Positions 12,196 to 25,135 of a DNA stretch of 64,000 nt are shown here, piece by piece (the first letter of the stretch is position 1; each line of letters begins with the position of its first letter). Source of the DNA: Malacoraja senta (taxonomy: Eukaryota); assembly GCA_038087875.1 (NCBI GenBank), contig JAXLNO010005917.1, forward strand, positions 1 to 64,000, read 5' to 3'. The notes below the pieces were generated by a model, which saw nothing but the letters and a program-made list of their open reading frames with translations, ran no database searches and was not told where the DNA came from. A program made the position numbers and the translations under genes.

Positions 12196-13369
12196 AGTAT
12201 GGAACAGGGCATCTTGGATGGCATAGATGGGTTGGGCTGAATGGCCTGTTGACTCTATTATGTGTTAATAAATTTGTCGACTTAAGTTAATGATGTATGG
12301 GCTTGTGGGTCACTAACGTTGACTACAAAGAAGTGGATCAGACCAGGTGGGTTTTCAGCAGTTCTGTATTCCCCACAGAACATGTTATGAGCAGACGCTC
12401 GTTCTTTATTTTAAGCATTATCTAAGGAAAAGGATTGAAAGACTGGATAGATTACCCTCCCCACTACCACGTGCCTCATAGCTTTTCAACGCTAGCAGTA
12501 ACTCTTGGATGTAATGGTTTCTTGATTCTCTCACTGCTGAGTCTGCCAAAGAATCTATTATAATATTGCTTTGTCGCTCTTTAGCTGACTGAGACTGACT
12601 TTGAACTTCATGGACGTTTCCCTTGAGCTGCTCCACGCACAGCTGTACTGTTGCAGAGTGTCAGGATAATTTTACCAATTGTGCACTGAACCTTTGCTTT
12701 GTCCTTCCGTCTCCTCGGGCACTTTCACTGAATAGCTGGCTTTAGTCTACTTCATTCATTCTCTTGTTTGCTTATCGAGCTTCCTTTTGATTTGGGATGC
12801 ATAACCAAATGATAGTGCTCCCTCTCTTCTCCTTCACTCTATAATTTGCCCCATCTAGATTCAGGGCCAGTTTGCTCCCAATGTTGGCTTTTACACTCTA
12901 CCTCAATACACATGACAATAATAAACTAAACTAAACATTAAGAATTCTGTACTTCTAAATATGTTAATTGCGTTATCTTACTGTTTTGCCATAGTTATGT
13001 AATTATTAAAGTATCACAGTAATATTTGTTCCTGTCTTAGTTTCCATCTTTGTTTTTATCTTGTGTCATTTCAAAATGCATTTTTATTTTATAGTATTTT
13101 GTCCTTTTCTCTCTTTCCTGTGACCATGACCATCTTTATTGATATTGGTTTTGCATCATTGCTGTCACATGTACCAAGATACAGTGAAAAGTTATGGTTT
13201 GCATGCTTTTCAGTTAAATCATACTATACACGTGTGTAATAAGTAGTGCAAGGAGAAATGGAGAAAAATCCTACACCCACAATGAGGTAGGTTGGAAGAT
13301 TGGGACTACACTCTAACTTATGGGAGAACATTCAGAAGCTTGATGACAGAAGGGAAGAAACTTCCTGAA

Positions 13370-13985
13370 GATGCAAGGAACTGCAGATGCTAGTTTACAA
13401 ACCTAGACAAAGTGGTGGAGTAGCTCAACAGGTTCGGCAGCATGTCTGGAGGACATGGATAGGTGACGTTTCGGGACAGGACCCTTCTGCAGACCCACTG
13501 CGGTGGTGGAGGGGGGAGAAAGCTGGAAGAGAGGTGAGTGCGGGACAAAGCCTGGCAAGTGATAGGATAGAATGGACACAAAATGCTGGAGTAACTCAGT
13601 GGGGCAGTCAGCATCCCTGGATTGAAGGAATGGGTGACTTTTTGGGCCTGAAGAAGGGTTTTGATCAGAAAAATCACCCATTCCTTTTATCCAGAGATGC
13701 CTGCCCTGCTGAGTTACTTCAGCATTCTGTGTCTATATCTTCGGTTTAAACCAGCATCTGCAGTTCCTTCCCACAACAAGTGATAGGTGAATATAGGTCA
13801 GGGAGAATTTTGATTGGCAGATGGTTTGACAAAGACCAGAGATGAAAAAACAAAAAGTGAGATAAGGAGACAAGGATAGAAGAGGGAAGGTAGAGGAAGG
13901 AATGAAGGTGGAGGAGGGAGAGATAAGTGCGCATCCAGGTACGGCATGAGGAAGAGAAAGGGGGGACAATGAGGAAGGGGTGTTC
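13370..13985. mobile_element. Cluster of PLE pLTR copies in both orientations
   Basis: Repeated GAACTGCAGATGCT...GCTGGAGTAACTCAG...GCAGCATC units; hammerhead-like cores at 13461-13496 (-) and about 13645-13680 (+). Confidence 0.7.
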
Positions 13986-14137
13986 CTGCAGTTTTCCTTT
14001 AATTCTGTTGTAGTTAATGGTTGCACTTGCCAGTTTAGTCCCTGTAGGCAAGTAAAGCCATGGGAGCCACAGTGACGAAAAGGTCAATTCTATATATAAT
14101 GCCAGAAAACTGCTCGACTAATGTCAGATCCTACTGG

Positions 14138-14432
14138 TTTAGTAGTTTAGTTTAGAGACAGCATGGAAACAGGCCCTTTAGCCCACCGAGTCCACACCGA
14201 CAAGCGATCCCCACACATTAACCCTATTCTGCACACATTGGGGACAATTTTACACTTATGCCAATCCAATGAACCTACAATCCTGTACGTCTTTGGAGTG
14301 TGGGAGGAAACCGAGGATCTCGGAGAAAACCCACACAGTCACGGGGAGAACGTACAAGCTCCATACAGACAGTAGTCGGGATCAAGCCCGGGTCTCCAGC
14401 GCTGTAAGGCAGCAACTCTACCGCTGTGCCAC
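14138..14432 (-). mobile_element. HE1-type V-SINE
   Basis: Reverse complement of the consensus, near full length. Confidence 0.85.
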
Positions 14433-14605
14433 AGTACCATTCATTAACACTCTTAAGGGTGTGGAACTAAATGCCCTTTATAGGTAATTTTAGGTACCTA
14501 CGTGTAATTTAAGTTGGATACTGCATAGTTGATTTTTAATGTCCTCAAGACAACCAAGCAAGTTTTTGCTTTGCTGGTGTTGTGCTCATCCCAAGAACAA
14601 AGTTC

Positions 14606-16493
14606 TTTTTTTTTAAATACAATTTTTATTAGAAGTCATACACAATAGTATAAACCAAGAATAATATAATACATTTCATGTACAACTTCTTGTTTTTAAA
14701 TATAATAATAAAAAAGTATAAGCAAAAAGAGAAAAAGAAAGTTAGATAAGGTGGTGAAAGTAATAGATTGTGAAAAAAGTGCAGTAAAAAGAGAGAGGAG
14801 AAGAAGTGAAAAGAGAAAAAAAAAAATGTTAAGAAGATAAAAGGGTTATAGCTGCTTCATATCTTTGCGCACCCCTCACCCGGTTCTGAAACAGTTAATT
14901 TCCAGGGTTATGTTGCACCATATGCTTGTAATAAATCGATAAAGGGAGACCAAATCTTTAAGAAATGGTCTGATTTGCCTGCTAGGATGAATCTCATGTC
15001 TTCTAGGTGTAACATTTCAGACATATTTGAGATCCACATTTTAAGCATTGATGTTGGTGCATTTTTCCAGAATTTTAATATGTTTTTTTGCCGTTATTAA
15101 GCCATAATTAAGGAAACTCTTTTGGAACGAAGTCAGCTCAGGGCCGACCTCCGTTGTTCCAAAGATAATCAGTTCTGCATTGGGGTTCAGTTTTATGCAA
15201 ATGACAAAAGAATGTGCTATAGTTGCATCTTGAGATGAGCATTTGTCGCAGATGGGAGACACATTTGGAAAAATTTTATTCAATTTAGTTTTCGAGTAAT
15301 ATAATCGGTGTAAAATTTTGAATTGAATTAAGGTATGTCTTACATTAATCGAACATTTGTGTACATATAGCAAATATTTATCCCATCTGTCTTTCGAGAT
15401 ATTTATAGATAATTCTTGTCCCCAATCTCTTCTAATAGCATCAGACGGTGGTATTTCTATGTTTGAAATGATATTATACAAATATGATATTAAATTTGTT
15501 GAGTCCGCCTTTCTGTTCATAGCTTCATCTAATATATCTGAGGTCAAAGTTTTATGTTCTTGTGTATGTTTTTTCAAGTAGTCACGGATTTGAAGGTATT
15601 TAAAGTATTGATTACTTTTCAGGTTGTATTTAAGTTGTAGTTGTTGGAATGTTAAAAGGTTTCCCATTTCATACATATCTCCAAACGTTTTAATTCCTAT
15701 TCTTTCCCAGTGTGTAAACGTTTTGTTGATAATAGATGGTTTAAACGACGGATTATTAACAATGGGAGAGAGAAGCGATAGGTTTCTTAATTTGAAAGTT
15801 AATTTTATTTGTTTCCAAGTTCGTATTGTACTATGAATAATTGGATTTTTCTTGTATATTGTATTATTCAAGTTTATCGGTGAAAGAATGATCGCTCCTA
15901 TATTAAAAGGAGAGCAATCCTCTCTTTCCATTACTATCCAATCTACCTGTTGGGCAGAATTGTCCAACAAGTAAATTACATTTTTGATATTCGTTGCCCA
16001 GTGATTGTACAAAAAATTGGGTAGTGTCAGTCCTCCAAATTCTTTGGGTTTACACAGGTGTCTTCTTTGAATTCTGTGGGATGTATAGTCCCATATGAAA
16101 TTTGTGATATCAGAGTCGAGTTTAAAAACAAAGATTTTCGGTAAATATTTTGGTATTGATTGAAATAAATATAAGATTTGTGGCAAAAAAATCATTTTTA
16201 TGGCATTTATTCTGCCTATTAAAGACATCGGTAGTGTTTTCCAAAATTTAATCAAAGCATTTAATTTAGTAAGTAAGGGCATATAGTTTGCATTGAATAA
16301 AGTTTTATATTTTCTGGTAATTTGAATACCCAGATATTTAAATTTCTCTGTAGCAATTCTAAAAGGGAATTTTAAAAGGTGTGTCGATTCTTGAGGTTTT
16401 ATCGTCATAATTTCGCTTTTATTCCAGTTTATTCTATATCCTGAGAAGGATCCAAATTCCTCTATTAAATTTAATATATTTGGTATGCTAATT
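14606..16493 (-). mobile_element. 5'-truncated L1-clade LINE
   Basis: Exact 14-bp TSD CAAGAACAAAGTTC at 14592-14605 and 16494-16507; poly(A) and AATAAA on the minus strand. The 455-aa ORF has KYLGI, GRINAIKM, GGLTLPN and the C-terminal CCHC-type CDKC...H...C. Confidence 0.93.
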
Positions 16494-17508
16494 CAAGAAC
16501 AAAGTTCAAATGCCAGGAAATTCTAATGCACACTAAAGAATGTCAATCTCAATGACTTTAACCAACTTCAGAAAGCATCAAACATTTATGGAACCGTTAC
16601 AACAGAGATGTTATCAATGAGTCTATGAATGAGGTGTTATCAATGAGCTTATGAAGGATGATTTCTTCAGGTTACTTGCTGCCAAGGTGGGGGAAGACCA
16701 TGGAATGGAGATATTTTATTTCTCCTGCTGAGCATGTTATACACCGATGGATGTTTTTGCCTGTCCACTCTGCGTACTCCCAGTAACCTTTGACTCTTTG
16801 AAATTATGTTATTCACAGTTGTGGAAGCTGCCATCGGCTATAATCAAGGCAGAGATGAACAGATTTGCAGCCTTCAACTAGTCTAAGGGATTAAAGCAAT
16901 TAATTCTAACTTGCAGCAAGAAAGTAAAGCTGAAGCAAAGCCAGGTCAGATCAGCCATGATCTTCATGGCAGAAGAATTTGAAGGGCCTATTCCCACTCT
17001 TATTTCTGATGTTCTTACAAAATAAAATTATGCCACAGATTCCTTGTTTGGACCTGAAGTAAGCTTTATTAAAAGGAAAAGAAAAATCAAATTTCTGAGG
17101 TGTAATAAATTATTTAATGTGTCGTATTCTACACCAGGGCTGCTTTAAATGGATGCATTCATACAATGCAGAACCTTTGGAAAGTATCCATACTAACTAC
17201 TTGCTAGGATGAGGGGCTGCTGACAGCAGGCTAATATGCATGGATAACATATTAAGTACTTTTGCAACAAATTTTGTTCCTGCCAAGCATTTTAGTAATA
17301 CATTTACATGAGGGAGTGGAAAGAAAAAGATGAATTGTGAAAGCTTTCCTGATTTAATTAATTAATCAATGCTCAAGTTTCATTTTCTCAAAATAGTGGA
17401 AAATTCACCTAACCTTCCTAACAGTATTAAGTTCACGTAACTAATAAGTACTGACAATTAACACTTTTTTTCCTTCTCTTTTGTTTTTCCTTCCCGCACT
17501 GCAATTAG

Positions 17509-17608
17509 GAAGCCCATGCGGAAAGAAGAGAATGGGACAAGTCGAGCTGAATATGCAATGACTGCCCAAAACAACAAAATGGCGGACAGAAATAGCGTAC
17601 TCATTTAA
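17509..17608 (+). CDS. PRIMA1: Final coding exon of proline-rich membrane anchor 1 (AChE/BChE membrane anchor); upstream exons not found in this window
   Basis: Long polypyrimidine tract and AG acceptor at 17507-17508. The phase-2 exon reads (R)KPMRKEENGTSRAEYAMTAQNNKMADRNSVLI*, matching the recalled mammalian PRIMA1 C-terminus RKPLRKDENGTSVAEYPMSASQSNKGVDVNNAVV. TAA at 17606-17608. Confidence 0.9.
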
Positions 17609-18320
17609 ACTTTAAAAATGAAGCATCACCACCAAGTTGTTTTGAGATAGGAGTTTAGTGTGAAATGCACACTTACATGTGTGCTAAGTTTGGGGGAAAG
17701 AAAAGTCTTCTGAGGATAAGGACCTAATTTCAAACAAAAGTGAACACACATATTCCGAGCAGAGAAGCAGCCTGCCCTTCAGTCCAGTTGACTAATAAGG
17801 TGGAGGACAAAGCTACCGATCAAATAAGAGACAAGACCTCACAAAAGGCATAACTGTTGCTTGTAGCCTCCATTAAAAGCGATAAATCAAGACGTCTTTG
17901 TATGCAGGTGAATCTCAACTTGTTCTTTCAAACATTCAATAAATTCCAAATGTTATTACTATTAATTTGGCACCAGAAGTGCTGATGTTGGAGTCTTTAC
18001 CTGCACAAATAAAACAGGTCACAATGAAAGAGGAGAAGATCACTTCCATAAAGCCAATGGACCAACAAAGAACATGGCCGTCCATCAGGCCAGGCACATT
18101 TGCAGGCTGATTGACTATGCAATCCCTTTCTTGAAGACGTCTCATCGAAATGTACCGATCCATTCAGAAAACATAGCCAGTCAGGTTTTGTGTACGACCT
18201 TTCAAACAGGTGCTTTTTATTCTTTGTTGGCATATCATAATTTAATCGATAAAGCCTTTTCTACACTGGCCAGTCTGAAGTTCTTTTAAATCACAATAAA
18301 GTGTTTGATCAAAATTCACA
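17609..18320 (+). other. PRIMA1: Proximal 3'UTR of PRIMA1 (true end unknown, may extend several kb)
   Basis: Repeat-poor sequence after the stop. AATAAA at about 17938, 18008 and 18295; the last is followed by GT-rich sequence. Confidence 0.5.
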
Positions 18321-19327
18321 AATTTGGTAAAACACCAAGTTATTTTTGCCTCTAGACCAGGTCATGTGATTTATATTTCATCGGGTCAAATGTTTAATTT
18401 CTATGATAAATATGAAATAGAAGTGGAAGTAAACCATATTGCCTTGTAGATTTCCTCCCACTTTTTTTTTCCTCCTGGTCTCCCACTTCCCCCATTCAAA
18501 AATTATTGGCTATTCCTCCCAGGTCTACTTTCCCGATCAATGTCCAAAGTGCTGAAAGTCTGAGCCTTGAATATACATGACCACCAAGCATGGGAGGTGC
18601 ATGGTGGCACAAGAATCCCAAAGATTCACTAACCCCCTTAAAGATATCTCGCCTCAGTCTGAATTTGGTGACTGCTTGCCCTGAAACTGTTCCCTCCAGT
18701 TCTAAACTGTCCAGCCAAATGAAGCCACCTCAAAGTATCTACCCTGCCAATTTCTTCATGGAAACAAGTTTTTCAATGAAATCGCCTTTGTTTTGCTTAA
18801 ACCTCAGTGAGAATACGTTAATCTTTTTTCAAACTCTTCTCATAGGACAATCCATATCCCAGAAATGAACCTTATCATTTTTTCTGTACTGCTGGCAAGG
18901 CAACCATATCCTCTTGCAATTTGGACAAAGTCCACTCCGTCCTTTTATGCAGGCCGATAAACTTACTTAGAGAGCAGCAATGATCCTGCAGGCTCCTCAG
19001 TAGTAATGGTTTGCCGATCTAAAAATGATTGGACTTCTGTAATTTGGACCTTTTTATGAACCTTTATTTTATGCATCACCTTTTATGCGTTATCTTTTCA
19101 AATTGCTTTTTAAACAATAGTACACCATTCCTTCTTACTAATCTGGGCTGTGAAAATGAGCCATTAGACTTATCAAATATGGTTAATTTTATAAATATAT
19201 GTAACCTCTGCCTAATTAAAGTTTAGTTCCAAAGAATTTTAACTGCCATTAGCCCCCTAATATCTCAATTTGCTTTAGGTTTTCACTCTCATTGAAACCT
19301 TCTTTGCCCTATATTGCTGGTGAACTT

Positions 19328-19503
19328 GTAGAAACAAGGACCTGCAGGTGCTGGTTTACCAAAGAAAGACACAAAACACTCAGCGGGGTCAGACAGCATC
19401 CCTGGAGAATATGGACAGTGAAGTTTTGGGTCAGGACTGGTCTGAAGATCAGGGTCCCAACCTGAAATATCACCTGAGTTACTCCAGTGTTTTGTGTCTT
19501 TCC
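19328..19503. mobile_element. Palindromic PLE-derived mini-element with a hammerhead core
   Basis: Inverted arms; GGT-CTGAAGA...GAAA-TATC-ACC at 19439-19474; 14-bp TSD TTGCTGGT(G/A)AACTT at 19314-19327 and 19504-19517. Confidence 0.75.
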
Positions 19504-21477
19504 TTGCTGGTAAACTTACTGTTTTCTGCAGTAAAAACACAAATATATTAGTTTAAAGCCTCACATATTTCCTTTTTGCATGTCATTATTATTATGTCAA
19601 TTAATATTATGTAAGATTATTCCACCACACTGCCCCTGCATCCTCATTTATCATAGTTGACCTCTGATTGTGGAACAACATTTTGGAAGCAGAGTACCAT
19701 GATCTTTTGTTTTGTTTAACATCACAAAACCAGGATGAACCACTTTTTGTCACAGAAAGTACATATCATTACTCAAAGTGCTCCTTTACTCCATGGCTTT
19801 GACCTTCCATTTTCTAGTTACAACCACGCTATGTGAATCCTCCCCTACTTTTTATTTAAAAAAATGCATAGATGGCCACCCACAACACACATTATCAAAC
19901 GTCCCCAGAAACTGATACCATCCCAGACTGGTGTATCTGGAGTTTGTCCCAACAGAATAGCCCTCTCCCCAGAATATATTCCAGAGCCATGGCAATTGAA
20001 AACCCTGCAGCATTCTTCAAGCCACAGATTTAACATTCTGATCTGTTCAACTCTCTGTCAGTCTGTGTGTGTGTGGTTTAGATGTTAATTCAGAGATTAG
20101 ACTTGTGAGATTATATTTTTACTTTCTATCCTGATCGCTTAAATTCTATTTGGCAGAACCTTAGGCTATGTTCTTCCAATGTGCTGTACTTAATTGTCAA
20201 ACTTTGAAAATAATCTTGCTGCATTAAACATTATTGGCAGAACAGGTTAAATACGATTATTCAGAATGACAGATTTTATCTCGCCTTATTATTTAAGTGA
20301 CTTTTCCTTTTTGTAGATTTTTTAAAATATAATTTTCAACAAAGTTAACTTTCTGCTTTTTTAATCCAAGTATTGAATGCATATGAAGTCTGTGGGATTC
20401 AATATTATTATACTAAACGATGATTGAAGTTTGAAAGGTGATTTTCAATGTACACATTTATACAATTGGCTTCAAAAACGAATGCAGTCCAGTGTAAAAA
20501 AGGCTTTAGCTTATTCAGCTAAAATACATCTAATTGTAGCATTTTGTAAAACTAAAGCCATAATCCAAAGCTTTCCATTTAATTAAGAAACAATTATTAT
20601 TTTCTGTGGTATCTGGTTAATAATATACACTACTGGTTTAAGTTATCCAAATCTTAACTTGTACTTCCCATTAACTACTTGCATTCATGTTCACGAATGA
20701 TATGTGATAACATTGTGGCTTATTACATATTCCACATACAAAAGCAAGAATGTACATAGAATGAATGTAGGAATGATCAGCATGGCATTGGTTCAGGACT
20801 AACTCCCTGACTGCATTCTTCTAAACAGTTTTCAAAGTCTTTAGAAGCATGTAAGAGAAATGGGATATTGTGAAAATATATCATTAGTACATATCTGTTG
20901 TAAATTCTGCAATGGTGAAAAAAAAGACTTTGTGAAAATTATCAGACTAATATTGCTTGCATCAACATTTACAAGTGTTACTAGTGGCTACTAGTGTAGT
21001 CAGATGCATTGTGGCCCTATTAAATTCAGAGCAAGGTTTATAAATGTTAAGAAAATTCCTTCCAATCCAAATCCTTTCAGTGTTCTTTTGCCATCGAACC
21101 ACTTCTCAATATTTCCCAGATATATTGATGAGGGGGACAATTCTGTCCCAGAAAGTACAATAAACTTGAGGGTTAGTTTCCTACATTTGCAGTGATTCAG
21201 CACCGGTGAATTTGTGGGCCAGTGGATAAATGCAGAAGGGGATTCTAGGAGCAAGAAACCTGACTTGGCTGGTGATGCTGCAACACAGGACTATGTGCGT
21301 TCAGAACAATAAGCAATATATGGGGGCTAAGCAATCTCACAACCAGCAGATCAGATCAATGATCTGCAGCCCAGCTACTCTAGTTGTGAACATGATGAAG
21401 AATCCAACAGATAGAAGGAGATGCAGGCTGCAAGAACATGTCCATACTCACTGGTGACAAGTCCAAGCATGCAAGAG

Positions 21478-21790
21478 TTTAGTTTAGAGATACAGAGCAG
21501 AAACAGGTCTTTTGGCCCACCGAGTCCGCTCCGACAGCGATCCCCGCACATTAACACTATCCTCCACACACTAGGAATAATTTACATTTATACCAAGCCA
21601 ATTAACCTACAAACATGTCTGTCTTTGGAGTGTGGGAGGAAACCGAAGATCTTGGAGAAAACCCACGCGGTCACGGGGTGAACGTACAAACTCCGTACAG
21701 ACAGCACCCGTAGTCAGGATCGCACCTGGGTCTTTGACACTGTAAGCGCCGTATGGCAGCAACTCTACCGCTGTGCCACCATGCTGCCCT
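21478..21790 (-). mobile_element. HE1-type V-SINE
   Basis: Full-length reverse-complement copy. Confidence 0.87.
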
Positions 21791-21829
21791 AAGTTCTAAT
21801 TTGCAACCATGTTCTGTGAGAAATGTTGA

Positions 21830-23260
21830 AGATGATCTACCTTGGCTTCCTCCTAAGATTTCCCAAGTACTGGATACAGGAAAGGCTGTGTGTCCAGACA
21901 AAATTTCCATTATAATGTGGAAGACCTATGTACTTTTCCCAGCCACCTATCTAGCCAGATCTTCCAATGCAGTCACTGATATCTACCCAATTAGGTGGAA
22001 AATTGCTCAGGTATCTCCTGTTCAACATAAAAACAGGTCTGTCAAATTCAGCCAATTGTCATCCATTCCGCTAACTCACAAACATCAGCAAGCTAATGGA
22101 AGAAATATTCCACTGTGGTATCAGACAGTATTTATTCTCCAATAACATGGCCTGCAGATGCTCAGTTTGATATGACCAAGACCATTTACTTCCATGCCTC
22201 ATCACATTGGTCCAAACGTGAACTAAAGAGCTGAATTGAAGAAGATGTAGTGAGAGTGACTACACTTGATATCAGGCACCATTTGACCAACTGTGGCCCC
22301 ATGGATCCCTGATAAGATTGGGGTCAATGGTTATCAAGGGGGAACACAATCCAATGCTGGTGATGCTTACTGGTCAACAATTGAAAATGATTGTGGTTAT
22401 GGGAGGTCAGTCATCCTAGAAACCGGACATCACTGCACTGGTTCCCAAGAATAGTCTCCTCAGCCCAACCATCTGCAGGTGTTTTATCAAGAACCTTCCT
22501 TCCTTTACAAGGTCAAAAGTGGAGATGTTTGCTGATGATTTAACAATGTATAATTCCATTTGCAACTCCACAGCAATTGAAACAGCCCATAACCATATGC
22601 AACAATGTTCAAGTATAGGCAGATAAGTAGAGGCAGGTAAAATTTGCATCACAAAATTCCTGAGGAATGACCATCTCTTACAAGAGAGAGTCTGGCAACC
22701 TACCCTCAATATTCACTGGCTTTACCATGTCAGCTGTGCCAGCAGCCTGGAGATCATTATCAGCCAGATATTCAACTGGATCATAGATACTGTGGCAGGT
22801 CAGGAATTCCAAAGTTTTTCTACTGTATGCAAGGTGCAAATAAGGAGCAAGAATTGAATACTCTCCACTTAGTTCCACCAACACTCAAAATAAGTTGTCT
22901 ACATCCAGGGCAAGGCAACTTGCTTGACAAGTACCTGATCTACGACCCTTAAAATCGTCACCTGATCCTCTACCCTAAACATTTATTCCCTCCACCATGA
23001 TGAAGCACGACTAGACTGCTGCCTTTACAATATATTGTTGTTTATTTAGGCTAATCTGACAGCAGAAATCTCAAAGGCAGCAGATGAACAATGAAACCAC
23101 CATGAACTAACTCCTGCCGAATCTCACAATCATACCTTGAAAATATGTCACCTTTCCTTCACCATCAGTGGATCTAAATCGCATCCAACAGCACCATGAG
23201 GGTACCTTCACACAAAAAAAACTTTTAGCAGTTCAAAGAGGTGGCTTAACACCATCTACT
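21830..23260 (+). mobile_element. Old, degraded CR1/L2-group LINE RT region
   Basis: Remnants WKIAQVSPV, VP..S.LSP and VEMFADD, with many stops and indels. Confidence 0.65.
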
Positions 23261-24811
23261 CAAGTAAAATTAGTGCTGAGCAACAAATGCAATACCCAAC
23301 ATTTAGTCTTGTTTCAGTTCATTTCACTGATAAGTCCACAATCCCTCTACCTGACCCACTAAGGATAAACAAACACATGCACCATATACACATGTTCCAG
23401 AGTCCCAGTCATACCCAATGTTTTACTACCAGCTCTGACATTCAGTAGTTCTTGTTTATTGTTTTATGTAAACATGCAGCTCACGTACTATTAAATTCTG
23501 GCTGGTTCTGATATTCAGACAACTCAAAACTAAATAACCAACTCACTCAAATAACATTTGAGCATTTCCTCTCAAGAAATTAAAATATACTTTAACATTA
23601 TTTACAATATTACAGGAGCTTCCAAGGCAAGGTGTCCTGACCCAAAACGTTACCCATCCTTTTTCTCCAGAGATGATACCTGATCCGCTGAGTACGAGTG
23701 TCAGGGGTTATGGGGAGAAGGCAGGAGAATTAATTTAGGAGAGATAGATCAGCCATGATTGAATGGAGGAGTAGACTTAATGGGCCGAATGGCCTAATTC
23801 TGCTCTTATCACTTATGACATGAGTTACTTTTTGTCTACGAGGAGTCATAATATTGGTTGCAACTAATACTAGTCTCAATCCCCATCGATACAGAAAATT
23901 ATGCAAGATTAGAAACATTGCATGTCCACAGCATACTGGACCTGGAGTGGAGTCATTTTCTATATTGCAGTGGTCTGATGATACCAAATTGCATATGATA
24001 TTTAGAAAACAATAGCAGTGCACAGTTGTCTAGCGAGATAGATTGCTGTTGATTCTTTTATATACTTATCTTGAGAGGACACCAGGGAAAGAATGATGGT
24101 GCAATAGCATTGCAATATAGGTACTACAGTAGACTTCACTTGGAGTCACTGCACGCTGGCTTCTCACTGATTCTGCAAGAAATGTATTTCCAATATTAGA
24201 TTTGATGCCAGCAAGTGATTAGGTGGCTACATTTATTAGAGCTTCTAATTCACAGCTCTAGCAATCCAGGTTCGATCCTGACCTCAGGTGCTGACAGTTT
24301 GGAGTTTGCACATTCTCCCTATGACCAGAAGCATTTCCTCCGTGTGCTGCAGTTTCCTTCGTATTCAAAAGATGTGCATGTTCTTGAGCAAAGTGTTAAC
24401 AGCCTTGGCTTTGCCGTTGTCTCCCAGAATCCAAACAGAGTCCAGACACATTCCATTAAATGCTTGCAAATAACATACTTCCCAAATTTCTGCATTCACT
24501 TGAAAACTCCACAGGTGAGCAAGTCAAATAACCATGCAAAATAGTGAACAACCATTAGAGAGATTTCAGAATGCTATTGTCAAATAGAATTTACTACAAA
24601 CATCTTCAAACTATTTTTAAATTAAAGAGCTCTCCCTGATCTGTAGCTCTAAGAGGTGCATGGAAAAGTGACCTTCTTCCTTAATTAAATAGTTCCAGTG
24701 TGGAGTTCCACTTTCAGTGTGGAGGCACATCTTTCACCAGCAGTAGGTTTTATGAATGTAGCTGGAATAAATCTTTAGTATGAGCACCTACTTTGCTGTT
24801 CCTATTCCAAA

Positions 24812-25135
24812 TAGGGTGGCATGGTGGCACAGCAGTAGAGTTGCTACCTTACAGTGCTTGCAGCTTCAGAGACCTGGGTTTGATCCCGACTACTGGTGCT
24901 GTCTGTACAGAGTTTGTACGTTCTCCCCGTGACCTGCGTGGGTTTTCTTCGAGATCTTTGGTTTCCTCCCACACTCCAAAGACATACAGGTTTGTAGATT
25001 GATTGGCTTGGTATGAGTGTAAATTGTCACTAGTGTGTGTTGAATAGTGTTAATGTGCGGGGATCGCTGGTCGGTGCGGACTTGGTGGGCTAAAGGGCCT
25101 GTTGCCGTGCTGTATCTCTAAACTAAACTAAATTT
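24812..25135 (+). mobile_element. HE1-type V-SINE (an older partial copy also at about 24215-24380)
   Basis: A/B boxes, V domain, (CTAAA)n tail. Confidence 0.87.

Larger units (their letters stand above)
7880..12260 (+). mobile_element. CR1/HER1 LINE 3' fragment split by the Helitron and a SINE (pieces about 7880-8231 and 11800-12260)
   Basis: CR1 3' coding sequence (SRTRG.RFKVRG) stops at the Helitron end. The tail (TTAGAGGAATATGGGCC...GGCATCTTGG...GGCCTGTT) resumes after it. Confidence 0.65.

Noticed and set aside
1-17508. PRIMA1 transmembrane exon
   Set aside because: No hydrophobic exon ending in a CYKAIK-like sequence was seen, so it is presumed upstream of the window.
21194-21215. REST/RE1 site (TTCAGCACC)
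   Set aside because: Only the left half-site is present; the GGACAG half is absent.
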